NCBI GenBank assembly: GCA_037134915.1
Contig: JBAXLJ010000001.1
Span: 165,484 to 229,483, forward strand
DNA: 64,000 nt
DNA from: Candidatus Falkowbacteria bacterium
Lineage (GTDB): Bacteria > Patescibacteriota > Patescibacteriia > Patescibacteriales > UBA12465
Direction of reading: 5' to 3'
The position numbers and the translations under genes are program-made. The notes below the pieces were generated by a model. That model was not told the DNA's origin. It did no database searches and saw only the letters and a list, made by a program, of their open reading frames with translations. Each line of letters begins with the position of its first letter. Within the stretch, counting starts at the first letter, position 1. Of the stretch, positions 26,958 to 36,469 are shown in pieces.

Positions 26958-29900
26958 ATGAAAAAAATAAATTTAAAAAAAATTTTCAGCGGTCGTAATG
27001 CGGCAATTTCTCTGCTCATTTTAGCGGTCGTTTTTTTATTTGGCAAAATAGTCTTAGCGGATGGTTTTGGCACTTGGGCAGGAAATGTTGTCGGGGGTAT
27101 AATTGCCGTTTTTATTACCGCTATTGCTAGCATCCTAATGCTTTTAGTTAGGGTTCTAATGGATGTGGCCGCTTATAGTGATTTTATTCATGCCGGAGCG
27201 ATTGTTAAAGGTTGGGTTATTGTGCGCGATGTCTGCAATATGTTCTTTGTAGTGATTTTGTTAATCATCGCCTTTGCAACTATTTTAGGTCAGGAAGAAT
27301 ATGGCGCTAAAAAAATGTTGCCTAAATTAATTATGGCGGCGGTGCTGATTAATTTTTCAAAAATGTTCTGTGGGCTCATGATTGATATCGCTAGTGTTGT
27401 CATGTTAACTTTTGTTAATGCTTTTAGTTCTATTGGTTCCGGCAATATGCTGGACTTACTCGGGATTTCAAAAATAACTTCAATTAATCCTAACTCGGGG
27501 GCAATTACTTTTGCCACTATTGTTAGTGCTTATATCTTTGGTTTGATTTACGTTTTAGTCGCCACTGTAGTAGTCGCTTCAATGCTCGGCATGTTAGTTA
27601 TGCGCGTGGTGATGATTTGGATTTTAGTCGTTTTGTCACCGCTAGCTTTTTTCTTGCAAGCGGTTCCTGGTAAAGGGGCACAATATGCTAGCCAGTGGTG
27701 GAGCAAATGGTCTAGCAATTTAATTGTGGGACCAGTTTTAGCTTTTTTTATCTGGTTAGCTTTTGCTGCTTTACAGGGTGGTAGCCCGATTATTACTAGT
27801 GCTGACCCAGAAGCCGAGCAACTAACTAATAAATATGCTGCCACGTCCACTACTAATGGAATTGGTTCAGAGGCGGGAACCGTTTCGGAAATGGCTAAGT
27901 TTGTGATTGCCATCGGAATGCTTTTAGGCGGCATGAAAATCGCCCAAGAAGTCGGTGGTGAAACTGGCGCTGCTTTAGGTAAGGGCATGGGTTATATCAG
28001 CAAAGGAAAGTCAATGGCAATTGGCGGAGTAAGCGCTCTGGGCGGATATGCGGTTGGTGCCGTTACTGGCTCGGCTAAATGGGCCGGTAAAAAAGCGGCT
28101 GCCGGAGCTGGGGATTTAGCTCTTACGGCGATTGGCAATATGGGCAGTAAAGATCCAATAACTGGTAAGAGAAGTAGCGCGGTTGGTAACATAGCTTTGC
28201 AGTGGCGTGATGACATGAAAGGGTCCAGACAGAAAGCTAAAAATGATAGTCGTGAAAAATTCTTAAAGAAAATTGGTTTTGGGGAGAAAACTTCCGAGAA
28301 AGCTAAAGATGTTCTTAATAACCTAAGCACTCAAGGATTTTTACGTAGTGCTAAAAATATTGCTACTGGTTCTGGATTAGGTGGATTTGGCGGTGGAGCT
28401 TTGGCCGGTACTTTGGCCGCTGGTCCAGTAGGCGCTGTTATTGGTGGAGTTATGGGAGCAATCAGTGGCGGGGTTATCGGAAATTTTGCTGGGGCTCAAT
28501 CTAAAAATAAATACAATAAAGCTAAAATAGATAAGACTAATTATGAAAATAATCTTGGTCCTGAAGGCAAGAATGAGGATGCTGTTATTGCGGAGGGCTT
28601 TAAAGCTAGAAAAAAAATAAACAATAAGGCTAAAATGACCACAGCTGAAGAGCAGGCCGTAATGAGAATTAGAAGCTATAATAAAAATTCTCAAGTGGTA
28701 GCTAATCGAGAAAAAAATCCCATTTTCAAAACAACAATCTCTGCTATGGATAGTATGACTAAGAAGAAGAAAAGCGCGCAAGATTGGGTTAGCATGGCTT
28801 CTAAAAATCCTTTATCTTTGAAAGGAGCTGGTAAGGGCGGTATCTATGCTGATGCCGTGGGAATGACGGAAGTTTGGAATAAGCGACTTGATGAATTAAA
28901 CGGTGGTAGCCCAGAAGCACTTTTGGCTTCAGTCAACTTGAGCAGTCAAATTAGTAATCAGGGTGCTGGCAGTCTAAAACCAGGCATTTTAGAGGAATTA
29001 GCTAAATTGATTGCGGCTTACGAAAAGAAGGGTGGCACCAGTATTCCTGGAGGGGTTGGTGAATTGAAATCAGCCTTATCAAGCTTAGGAAATCCAAATT
29101 ATAATCCAGCAACTTATACCGGCCAAGTATTTTCTGCTTATAAAAAACTTGGTCCTAATGTGGCCGAAGTTAGAACTGGTCAAGGACCCTTGGCTTACAA
29201 TACTTTCGCCGCCAACTCTTTCAAGAATCCGATTGACCGTAATTCCCGAAAAGATATTATTGGCGCTAGTTTTGGTCAGATTAATGCTGAGGCTGAAAGA
29301 ATGGGAATGGGCTCTGTTTTAGATGAAGCCGAGGGGGCTCATCAAATAATCGGCGGCCCTAAATTAAATCAAATTTCTCAGGTTGTTTCTAAAATGCTGG
29401 ATAACGAAATTAGCCGCCTAAACACAACAGTCTCTAATCCTGGTGTTAGTGCGTCGGAAAGAGCAGTTGCGGCTGAAAAAATTAGGCAGGCCACTGTTTC
29501 TAAAGAACGTTTAAGTAGTGGCAGTTTGTCCGGTTTGTCTTTGGATAATTCGGATGTGGTTTATCAAGGAACTGATTCAGAGCAGAGAGCCGCTAGATAT
29601 AACGCCACTCAACATGAAATTATACATAGCGCTGGCGCTAAGAATGAGGATTTGGTTCAAGAGAGTGCCGATGCTTTAGGTGATGCCCGTCTTATCGGTA
29701 GAATACCTAATTCTAATGGACAAAGTTATGATCAGGAGGTTGGTAAGATGATTGCTGGTATGGAGAGTGTTAAGGCTGACCCCGCGGTAATCCGACAAGT
29801 AGTTGCTAGTCAAATTGACTCTTGGAAACCGTCAAATGCTCAAAGAGTCTTAGAAACCGAAAGCGGTGAAAGAGATAGTGTTAAGGACGTGGTCTTTGAT

Positions 29901-30143
29901 ACCAGAGAAATTGTCGACGCCATTAATAAATCAGCTCTTTCTACTAATAAGAATATCAGAGAACTCAAGCCTAAAGAGTCAATTGATCCGACCAAAGTCA
30001 TCTTCGCCGAAGTTACTAATAACTTTATTAGAAAACAGAACAAGGAAATGGTTAAGCCTTTGGAGGCCATGGCCGCTACAGCTAAAGATAGAAAGAAGAA
30101 CGAAGTAAATACGGCCGAAATAGATGTTAATAAAATTATATGA
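26958..30143 (+). CDS. Polytopic membrane protein, TrbL/VirB6-like N-terminal region with a ~700-aa soluble extension
   Basis: A signal peptide and about 6-8 TM helices occupy the first ~330 aa. Gly-rich and Lys-rich soluble regions follow. The VirB6 assignment rests on its position in a cluster with PrgI-like and VirB4 genes, so it is an inference. Confidence 0.5.
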   Translation: MKKINLKKIFSGRNAAISLLILAVVFLFGKIVLADGFGTWAGNVVGGIIAVFITAIASILMLLVRVLMDVAAYSDFIHAGAIVKGWVIVRDVCNMFFVVILLIIAFATILGQEEYGAKKMLPKLIMAAVLINFSKMFCGLMIDIASVVMLTFVNAFSSIGSGNMLDLLGISKITSINPNSGAITFATIVSAYIFGLIYVLVATVVVASMLGMLVMRVVMIWILVVLSPLAFFLQAVPGKGAQYASQWWSKWSSNLIVGPVLAFFIWLAFAALQGGSPIITSADPEAEQLTNKYAATSTTNGIGSEAGTVSEMAKFVIAIGMLLGGMKIAQEVGGETGAALGKGMGYISKGKSMAIGGVSALGGYAVGAVTGSAKWAGKKAAAGAGDLALTAIGNMGSKDPITGKRSSAVGNIALQWRDDMKGSRQKAKNDSREKFLKKIGFGEKTSEKAKDVLNNLSTQGFLRSAKNIATGSGLGGFGGGALAGTLAAGPVGAVIGGVMGAISGGVIGNFAGAQSKNKYNKAKIDKTNYENNLGPEGKNEDAVIAEGFKARKKINNKAKMTTAEEQAVMRIRSYNKNSQVVANREKNPIFKTTISAMDSMTKKKKSAQDWVSMASKNPLSLKGAGKGGIYADAVGMTEVWNKRLDELNGGSPEALLASVNLSSQISNQGAGSLKPGILEELAKLIAAYEKKGGTSIPGGVGELKSALSSLGNPNYNPATYTGQVFSAYKKLGPNVAEVRTGQGPLAYNTFAANSFKNPIDRNSRKDIIGASFGQINAEAERMGMGSVLDEAEGAHQIIGGPKLNQISQVVSKMLDNEISRLNTTVSNPGVSASERAVAAEKIRQATVSKERLSSGSLSGLSLDNSDVVYQGTDSEQRAARYNATQHEIIHSAGAKNEDLVQESADALGDARLIGRIPNSNGQSYDQEVGKMIAGMESVKADPAVIRQVVASQIDSWKPSNAQRVLETESGERDSVKDVVFDTREIVDAINKSALSTNKNIRELKPKESIDPTKVIFAEVTNNFIRKQNKEMVKPLEAMAATAKDRKKNEVNTAEIDVNKII

Positions 30144-31195
30144 TTAGAGATAGCTACTTTGAAGAATGTTTAGAAAAATTTCATGAACTACCGGAGCCGA
30201 TTCAAGAATTAATTGGCGGTGAGGCAGCTTGTCTTAAGATAAAAAAACTTGAAGATGCTTATGATACTTCTTTAAGTTTTGCTACTATCTTGGTGGCGGT
30301 TGGTGAACTTACTATTGATGACTTAGCTGAATATCTAAATCTAAAATTTGGTCTCGATAAAACTAAAGGTGAAGAAATTGCTGGCCGTTTGGAGGACGAA
30401 ATCTTTGAACCAGTGCTAGACTTTATTGTTGATAATACTGAACTGGATGATAAAATTGAAGTTGGAGAGGACACCCAAGATAAAAAATCATTGGGTTTAA
30501 TTACTGGACTTTCGGCAGCTGATAAAAAAGATTTAATCATTAAAACCTTTAGCGGCGAAATTGTGCCGGCACTTTATGCCAAGCCAGATAAACTTCAAGA
30601 CTTTAATATTGCTATTTTTCAAGCTTTTAATGCCGAAGAAGGTTTAGAAGATAAGGTGGAGACTTTGTTTTATAACAACCAAGAAAAACTTAGCGAACAT
30701 CATATTATTTTAGATGGACATCCAGCCTCACCATCAATTGCTAATTGGTTAAAGGACTTTATTAAAAAGTATGGTAGCGGCTTGTTCAATGAAGTTGTTT
30801 TGGCTGAATATTTAAGCCAGTCGCCTAATATTAAGTTGATTAAACCAGAGGAAAGAGAATTAGTGCGCAAAGTTTTAAAGCTATATCATAATTTGGTTTT
30901 TTTTCCGGAGAGCATGGCTAACGTGCCTTTAGAAAAATGGGAAATTTTTCCCGTTGACCGAACTAAACTAAATTCAATAAACGATGTCTTAAGTGATGAC
31001 GTGCCACCAGTTAAACCAGTAGTTACTGAAGAAAAAGCTATTTCCGAACCAACCCCAGTTATTAGAAAAGCTCCAGAAATAAGTGAGCGCCAAAAAATAA
31101 TCTTTGATTTACAAAAAAATTTAACAAAATATCCCGCCTCTAGCTTAGAGTATAAAGCCATTTATCAAGAAATTAATCGGCTTAGTCGAAAATAA
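30140..31195 (+). CDS. Hypothetical protein (shares an N-terminal module with the next gene)
   Basis: Overlaps the upstream gene by 4 nt (ATGA). The N-terminal ~95 aa align with the N-terminus of ORF 31202-32719. Confidence 0.6.
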   Translation: MIRDSYFEECLEKFHELPEPIQELIGGEAACLKIKKLEDAYDTSLSFATILVAVGELTIDDLAEYLNLKFGLDKTKGEEIAGRLEDEIFEPVLDFIVDNTELDDKIEVGEDTQDKKSLGLITGLSAADKKDLIIKTFSGEIVPALYAKPDKLQDFNIAIFQAFNAEEGLEDKVETLFYNNQEKLSEHHIILDGHPASPSIANWLKDFIKKYGSGLFNEVVLAEYLSQSPNIKLIKPEERELVRKVLKLYHNLVFFPESMANVPLEKWEIFPVDRTKLNSINDVLSDDVPPVKPVVTEEKAISEPTPVIRKAPEISERQKIIFDLQKNLTKYPASSLEYKAIYQEINRLSRK

Positions 31196-31201
31196 ATTAC
31201 C

Positions 31202-32719
31202 ATGTTTGATTATTTGCAAAAATTTAATACTCTGCCGCAAAATCTCCGCACGAGCGTGTCTTCACCGGCCGCGATGGCGGTTATTTCGGAACTAGAAAAT
31301 AAGTATAAGATAGATCTAGCTTCTACGGTCATGAAAGTAATGGTTAAAATTATCCCTTTAGCTGATTTGTCAATTTATTTTGTGTCAGATTTTTCTTTGG
31401 ATCAAGAACTGGCCAAGAAGCTAACGGCGGATTTAAAAGAGCGTTTATTTTTTCCCGTGGCTAATTATTTGGGTTATAATGCCTCTTATTCTTCGGTTTT
31501 ACCTAAGACGGTTATTGCCACTGCCCCTAATCCGATATTTCTAGCTGCTGATAAAGTAATTAAGGAGTCGGGCATTAACTTTGCTAGCGCTGATTTAAGC
31601 TTCCGTTTTAAAAATATTTTAAATACTTATTTAAAAGGCGTTAGAAGTCGGGTGGACGCACGCTTGACCCTTAATAAAGAGATTATTTCTGGTGGCCTAG
31701 GCTTGGATCATAAAACTATTGATAAGATTTTTAAAATTTGCGATGAGATTCGCGCCAGTCAAACGTTGCCTAGCGGCGTTACCCTATCTTTGCCAGCTGC
31801 TGAAACGGTCGCTAAGCCAGGTTTAGAAAAAATTAGAGAGTTGTACGAAAAACCAGGGGGCGCACGCGATATTCCCTATGATTTAAAAGCTGCTATTATT
31901 AAAGGTGAAGTTAAAAAACCAGTAGTGCCATTTAATTTGCCGATTCCGACTGAATCCCAGGAAAAGTTATTAGCCAAACCAGTTGAAGGCCATCCTTTAC
32001 CAGTAGTCGCGCCTCAGATTAATTTGGTAAAGAAAGCGGAGCCAAAAATTATTTTACCGGTACCACCAGTTATTCCGGCTACTTCTAAGATTCCAGTGCC
32101 ACCCGTAGCCGCCGTAGCCGCTTCAGTTGAAGTACTTAAACCTTTAGCAGACAGTCGCTTAGATCAGTTTAAAATTGTTAAACCGCCAGAGAGAAAGGCA
32201 ACTATTTTTAATAAAATGTTTAGCGCCAAAGATGCGGCGCCGGTCATTACTCCCGAAATTAAGAAAGTAGTTACACCCGCTGTTGGCATGGCATCTTTAC
32301 GCGCCGAAGCGGCCATTTCCCAAACTAAACCAGTTCTTAAAAAAGAAACCAATTCACCTTTGAATTCCGATTCGAAAAATACCCCCAAAGTCATGGGCCC
32401 CTTGGAGGAACTGCGATATTTAGATGTCGTGAATTTTCGAAGATTTGGTTCTTCGCCGACAGAAGTTACGGCTAAGATTGAATCTAAGATAAAACTACTC
32501 GAAAAAGATGGATATGATAAGATGATAAGTGGGGTCTCTGCTTGGCGAGAAAGTCCAGTTGTTTCCTTATATCTGAAAATGGGCCAGGAAGCTTTAATCA
32601 AAGGTTTGACTTTTAAGCAATACGCCGCTGAGGGGCAAGCTTCTGGAGTAAATAATAATTTTTTGCTTTGGGAGGAAGTCGAAGCGATTATGGCCTTAAA
32701 TAGCCGTTTGATGTTCTAA
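31202..32719 (+). CDS. Hypothetical proline-rich protein (paralogous N-terminal module)
   Basis: The N-terminus LPQNLRTSVSSPAAMAVISELENKYKIDL…LKERLFFPVANYL parallels LPEPIQELIGGEAACLKIKKLEDAYDTSL…LEDEIFEPVLDFI of the preceding ORF. The central region is a Pro/Val-rich linker. Confidence 0.6.
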   Translation: MFDYLQKFNTLPQNLRTSVSSPAAMAVISELENKYKIDLASTVMKVMVKIIPLADLSIYFVSDFSLDQELAKKLTADLKERLFFPVANYLGYNASYSSVLPKTVIATAPNPIFLAADKVIKESGINFASADLSFRFKNILNTYLKGVRSRVDARLTLNKEIISGGLGLDHKTIDKIFKICDEIRASQTLPSGVTLSLPAAETVAKPGLEKIRELYEKPGGARDIPYDLKAAIIKGEVKKPVVPFNLPIPTESQEKLLAKPVEGHPLPVVAPQINLVKKAEPKIILPVPPVIPATSKIPVPPVAAVAASVEVLKPLADSRLDQFKIVKPPERKATIFNKMFSAKDAAPVITPEIKKVVTPAVGMASLRAEAAISQTKPVLKKETNSPLNSDSKNTPKVMGPLEELRYLDVVNFRRFGSSPTEVTAKIESKIKLLEKDGYDKMISGVSAWRESPVVSLYLKMGQEALIKGLTFKQYAAEGQASGVNNNFLLWEEVEAIMALNSRLMF

Positions 32720-32722
32720 TAT

Positions 32723-33172
32723 ATGCAACAATTTACCGTCCCACAATTTATCGACGTTGAGGATAAGATTATCGGCCCAATTACCGCTCGGCAGTTTATT
32801 ATTTTTATAATTGCTGCCATCATTATTGGCATCTCTTATCGTTTGTTTGATTCGGCTCTTTTTTCAACAGTCGGCATCACCACCTTTCTGCTAGCAGTAG
32901 TCTTAGGTTTTGTAAAAGTTAACGGCCGCCCTTTTCATTTTTTTCTACTTAATTTGATTCAAACGTGGCGCCGTCCTAACATCAGAGTCTGGAATAATCG
33001 TTTAGCTAAAGTAGTTGATACCGAAAAGATTCCGACTTTAAAATTTGATTCCACTAAATCGGCTAAAGAATATTATGAAAAATCACGCTTAGCGGAATTA
33101 TCTTTGGTGGTGGACACTGAAGGGGAATATCGAGGTGCTGACGACGAAAATAACTTGGAAATAATTAACTAG
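32723..33172 (+). CDS. PrgI-family / VirB3-like small membrane protein
   Basis: MQQFTVPQFIDVEDKIIGPITARQFIIFIIAAIIIGISY followed by a second TM helix is the characteristic PrgI-family start found upstream of Gram-positive-type VirB4 genes. Confidence 0.6.
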   Translation: MQQFTVPQFIDVEDKIIGPITARQFIIFIIAAIIIGISYRLFDSALFSTVGITTFLLAVVLGFVKVNGRPFHFFLLNLIQTWRRPNIRVWNNRLAKVVDTEKIPTLKFDSTKSAKEYYEKSRLAELSLVVDTEGEYRGADDENNLEIIN

Positions 33173-33183
33173 GGCTCGCGTTT

Positions 33184-33864
33184 ATGCCAGAAAACAAACT
33201 AGCCAAAAATAAAATATCAACCTCAACTCAAGAATACTTAGATATTGCCGAGATTAAGGATAACACGGTCATTATGAAAGACGGGACTTTGCGTTGTGTC
33301 TTGCTAGTTTCTAGTATTAACTTTGCTTTAAAAAGTGAAGATGAACAGAATGCCGTTATTGATTCCTATGTTAGATTTTTAAATAATTTAAGTTTTACTT
33401 TACAGATTGTTGTTCAGTCTAGAGAGCTCGATATTAATAACTACTTGGAATATCTAGAAGGCAAAGAAAAGGAACAGACTAATAAACTGCTTAAATCGCA
33501 GACAGGGGAGTATATTGAGTATATTAAAGAGCTGACTTCTTTGGGCAAAATCATGAATAAGCGCTTTTATGTCGTTGTGCCTTATGATCCGGCCACAGAT
33601 AAGCATAAAAGTTTCTTTAGTTCCTTTAAGGATGCCATTCGCCCGGCTTCAACCATTATTTTAAAAGAGAAAATTTTTGCCAGATATCAAGAGATGTTAG
33701 ATCGTCGCGTGGAAAGTGTCGTTTCGGGGCTAGAATCAATGGGTGTGGCGGTTGAAAGATTAGATACTCAGGGTTTAATCGAACTTTATTATAAGACTTA
33801 TAATCCGGAAACAGCTAAAAATCAAAACCTAGCTGATGTAAAAAAATTACGTGTTGATTTATGA
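33184..33864 (+). CDS. Protein resembling the N-terminal domain of Gram-positive VirB4/TraE-type ATPases
   Basis: YLDIAEIKDNTVIMKDGTLRCVLLVSSINFALKSEDEQNAVIDSYVRFLNNL…LQIVVQSRELDINNYLEYL matches my recollection of the extreme N-terminal region of long Firmicute VirB4 homologues. An ATGA overlap joins it to the VirB4 gene. Confidence 0.5.
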   Translation: MPENKLAKNKISTSTQEYLDIAEIKDNTVIMKDGTLRCVLLVSSINFALKSEDEQNAVIDSYVRFLNNLSFTLQIVVQSRELDINNYLEYLEGKEKEQTNKLLKSQTGEYIEYIKELTSLGKIMNKRFYVVVPYDPATDKHKSFFSSFKDAIRPASTIILKEKIFARYQEMLDRRVESVVSGLESMGVAVERLDTQGLIELYYKTYNPETAKNQNLADVKKLRVDL

Positions 33865-35792
33865 TAGATTTTAATAAAGAGGAAGAAAAAAGAAAAATCG
33901 GCTTCAATACTAAGCTTAGTGATTTAGGCCGTAATCCTGGCGAAGAGGCAGTGCCTAGCATTGAATCTGATCCTCTTGAAGCCAAGAATATCATCGAGGA
34001 GGAAAAAGCTTTTCGTCGCGGCGTCTTATCAGTTCGAGATCTTATTTCCCCGGCTAGTTTAAAGGCGGAAGCCAAACACTTACTTTTAGGCAACAAATAT
34101 GTAAGGACTATTTTTGTTATCAGTTATCCGCGCTACATCAGTGTCGGCTGGTTTGCTCCGATTATTAATTTGAATCTCACCTTTGATATCGCGATGTTTT
34201 TCTATCCGGTAAAAAGCGCGATCATTCTTAAACAATTACAAAATAAAGTGGGTTCTATTAGCGCTCAAATTATTGCTGACGCTGAAAAAGGGGCGGCGCG
34301 TGATCCGCTTCGAGAAACCGCTTTACATGATATCGAATATTTGCGAGACGCTTTAACTCAGGGTACTGAAAGATTTTTTCAATTCTCACTCTATGTGACT
34401 TTATACGCTGAAAACGCTGAAGACTTAGACCGGATGAGTGATCAAGTGGAAGATATCTTGGGGTCGCGTTTAGTTTATTCGCGCCGCGTCTATTTTCAAT
34501 CAGAGCAGGGTTTTAATTCGACCTTACCGACTGGTAATGATGAATTATATATTACTTTTAACATGAACTCCTCGCCCGTCGCCTCTTCTTTTCCGTTTAT
34601 TTCTAGCGAATTAACATCTGATCGCGGTATTTTATATGGTATTAATCGCCATAATAACAGTTTAATTCTCTTTGATCGTTTTTCTTTGCAAAATGCCAAT
34701 TCGGTAGTATTTGCCACTTCCGGTGCTGGTAAAAGTTATGCTATTAAATTAGAAGTTTTGCGTTCTTTAATGCTCGGAACTGATGTTATTGCGATTGATC
34801 CAGAACACGAATATAAACATTTATCCGAAGCAGTTGGTGGAACTTATATTAATATTTCTCTGTCTTCTGAAAACAAGATTAATCCTTTTGATTTGCCACG
34901 TTCTATTGGTGGCGAAGCTAAACCCAAAGATATTATTAGAAGCGCCGTTATTACCTTAAAAGGTTTGATGCGGCTCATGTTGGGTAATTTAAATTACGAT
35001 GAAGATTCGATTATTGATCGGGCGCTTCTTGAAACCTATGCCAAGAAAGATATTACACCCGACTCGGATCTTTCCAATATTGACCCACCCGTGATGACTG
35101 ATTTCGAGCAAGTCTTAGAAGGCATGGAAGGCGGTTCTGATTTAGCTTTGCGTCTTAAGAAATATACCGAAGGGACTTTTTCTGGCTTGCTTAATAACCC
35201 CACTAATGTGGAAATGAATAATCAATTAGTAGTTTTCTCGGTGAGAGACTTGGAAGATGAACTCCGGCCAATTGCTATTTATACCATTATTAATTATATT
35301 TGGAATATCGTCCGCTCGGAGACTAAGAAAAGAATTTTAGTAATTGATGAGGCTTGGTGGATGATGCAACACGAAGATTCGGCTAAGTTTATTTTTGCCT
35401 TAGCAAAACGTTGTCGTAAATATTATTTAGGCTTAACAACAATCACTCAAGATGTAAATGACTTTTTATCATCACCTTACGGGCAAGCCATTGTGAACAA
35501 CTCTTCACTGCAGGTTCTACTTAAACAATCTCCAGCGGCTATTGATTTGGTTCAAAAGACTTTCTTACTGACCGAAGGTGAAAAATATTTATTGTTAGAG
35601 TGTGGTTTAGGCGAAGGCATTTTCTTTGCCGGTAATAAACACGTGGCCATGAAAGTGGTGGCCTCATATTCAGAAGATCAACTAATTACTTCTGACCCTC
35701 GTCAGTTGCTTGAAATCGCTGAGGCTAAAAAACAATTTGACGAAGCAGCAGAAAGTGAAGCGGCTAATACGAGTGCTAATAACGCTAAATAA
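33861..35792 (+). CDS. virB4: Type IV secretion ATPase VirB4/TrbE/PrgJ family
   Basis: Walker A FATSGAGKSYAIK, Walker B RILVIDEAWWMM, and IDPEHEYKHL…GGTYINIS…KINPFDL, which is typical of VirB4. Confidence 0.85.
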   Translation: MIDFNKEEEKRKIGFNTKLSDLGRNPGEEAVPSIESDPLEAKNIIEEEKAFRRGVLSVRDLISPASLKAEAKHLLLGNKYVRTIFVISYPRYISVGWFAPIINLNLTFDIAMFFYPVKSAIILKQLQNKVGSISAQIIADAEKGAARDPLRETALHDIEYLRDALTQGTERFFQFSLYVTLYAENAEDLDRMSDQVEDILGSRLVYSRRVYFQSEQGFNSTLPTGNDELYITFNMNSSPVASSFPFISSELTSDRGILYGINRHNNSLILFDRFSLQNANSVVFATSGAGKSYAIKLEVLRSLMLGTDVIAIDPEHEYKHLSEAVGGTYINISLSSENKINPFDLPRSIGGEAKPKDIIRSAVITLKGLMRLMLGNLNYDEDSIIDRALLETYAKKDITPDSDLSNIDPPVMTDFEQVLEGMEGGSDLALRLKKYTEGTFSGLLNNPTNVEMNNQLVVFSVRDLEDELRPIAIYTIINYIWNIVRSETKKRILVIDEAWWMMQHEDSAKFIFALAKRCRKYYLGLTTITQDVNDFLSSPYGQAIVNNSSLQVLLKQSPAAIDLVQKTFLLTEGEKYLLLECGLGEGIFFAGNKHVAMKVVASYSEDQLITSDPRQLLEIAEAKKQFDEAAESEAANTSANNAK

Positions 35793-35803
35793 ATTTTAAA
35801 TAT

Positions 35804-36433
35804 ATGATGGAAAATCGAAAAAAAATTGGGATCCTGATTATCATTGCGGCGATTCTTATTTTGGCGATAATTATAATTATCTTTTTGCAAAAAACTAAAT
35901 CCCCGGTCACTTCAATGACGGCCACCACGACTACACTTGGCGGCAACTTAGGGACTTCGGATAATTTGCCATTAGCGCCCACCTCGACTCCGGGTGATGT
36001 CCCTCGTAATTATCAGTCTTATGATATTTCTAAAGAGGCTCCTCATAAATTAAATGCTAATGATGCCGCTAAACTTTCATCTTTATTTGCGGAACGCTTA
36101 GGTTCGTTTTCCAATCAGTCTGACTATGGCAATGTTACGGATTTAAAAATATTTATGACTGCCACCATGAAGTCTTGGGCGGATAAATACGTAGCTGATT
36201 TGAGAGCTCAAAAATATAGTGGGTCTTATTATGGAATTACCACCAGAGCACTCACGACTAAAGTTTTAAGTTATGATGATAAAACGGGCAAGGCTAGAAT
36301 TGAAGTTTCAGCTGAAAGACGTGAAAGCCAAGCTGATATTTTAGGTGTCGCTTACATACAAAAAATGACCTTAGATTTAGTGAAGGTTAATAATGAATGG
36401 TTAGTCGATGGGGCCTTTTGGGAAAAGAAATAG
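35804..36433 (+). CDS. Bitopic membrane protein, possible VirB8/TcpC-like component
   Basis: An N-terminal TM helix (IGILIIIAAILILAIIIIIFL), a Thr-rich linker and a ~150-aa C-terminal domain ending …LDLVKVNNEWLVDGAFWEKK. The architecture and position suggest VirB8, but I saw no diagnostic motif. Confidence 0.35.
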   Translation: MMENRKKIGILIIIAAILILAIIIIIFLQKTKSPVTSMTATTTTLGGNLGTSDNLPLAPTSTPGDVPRNYQSYDISKEAPHKLNANDAAKLSSLFAERLGSFSNQSDYGNVTDLKIFMTATMKSWADKYVADLRAQKYSGSYYGITTRALTTKVLSYDDKTGKARIEVSAERRESQADILGVAYIQKMTLDLVKVNNEWLVDGAFWEKK

Positions 36434-36469
36434 TTAAACATAGGGCCGCCCCTTAGCCCTTAATTTTTT

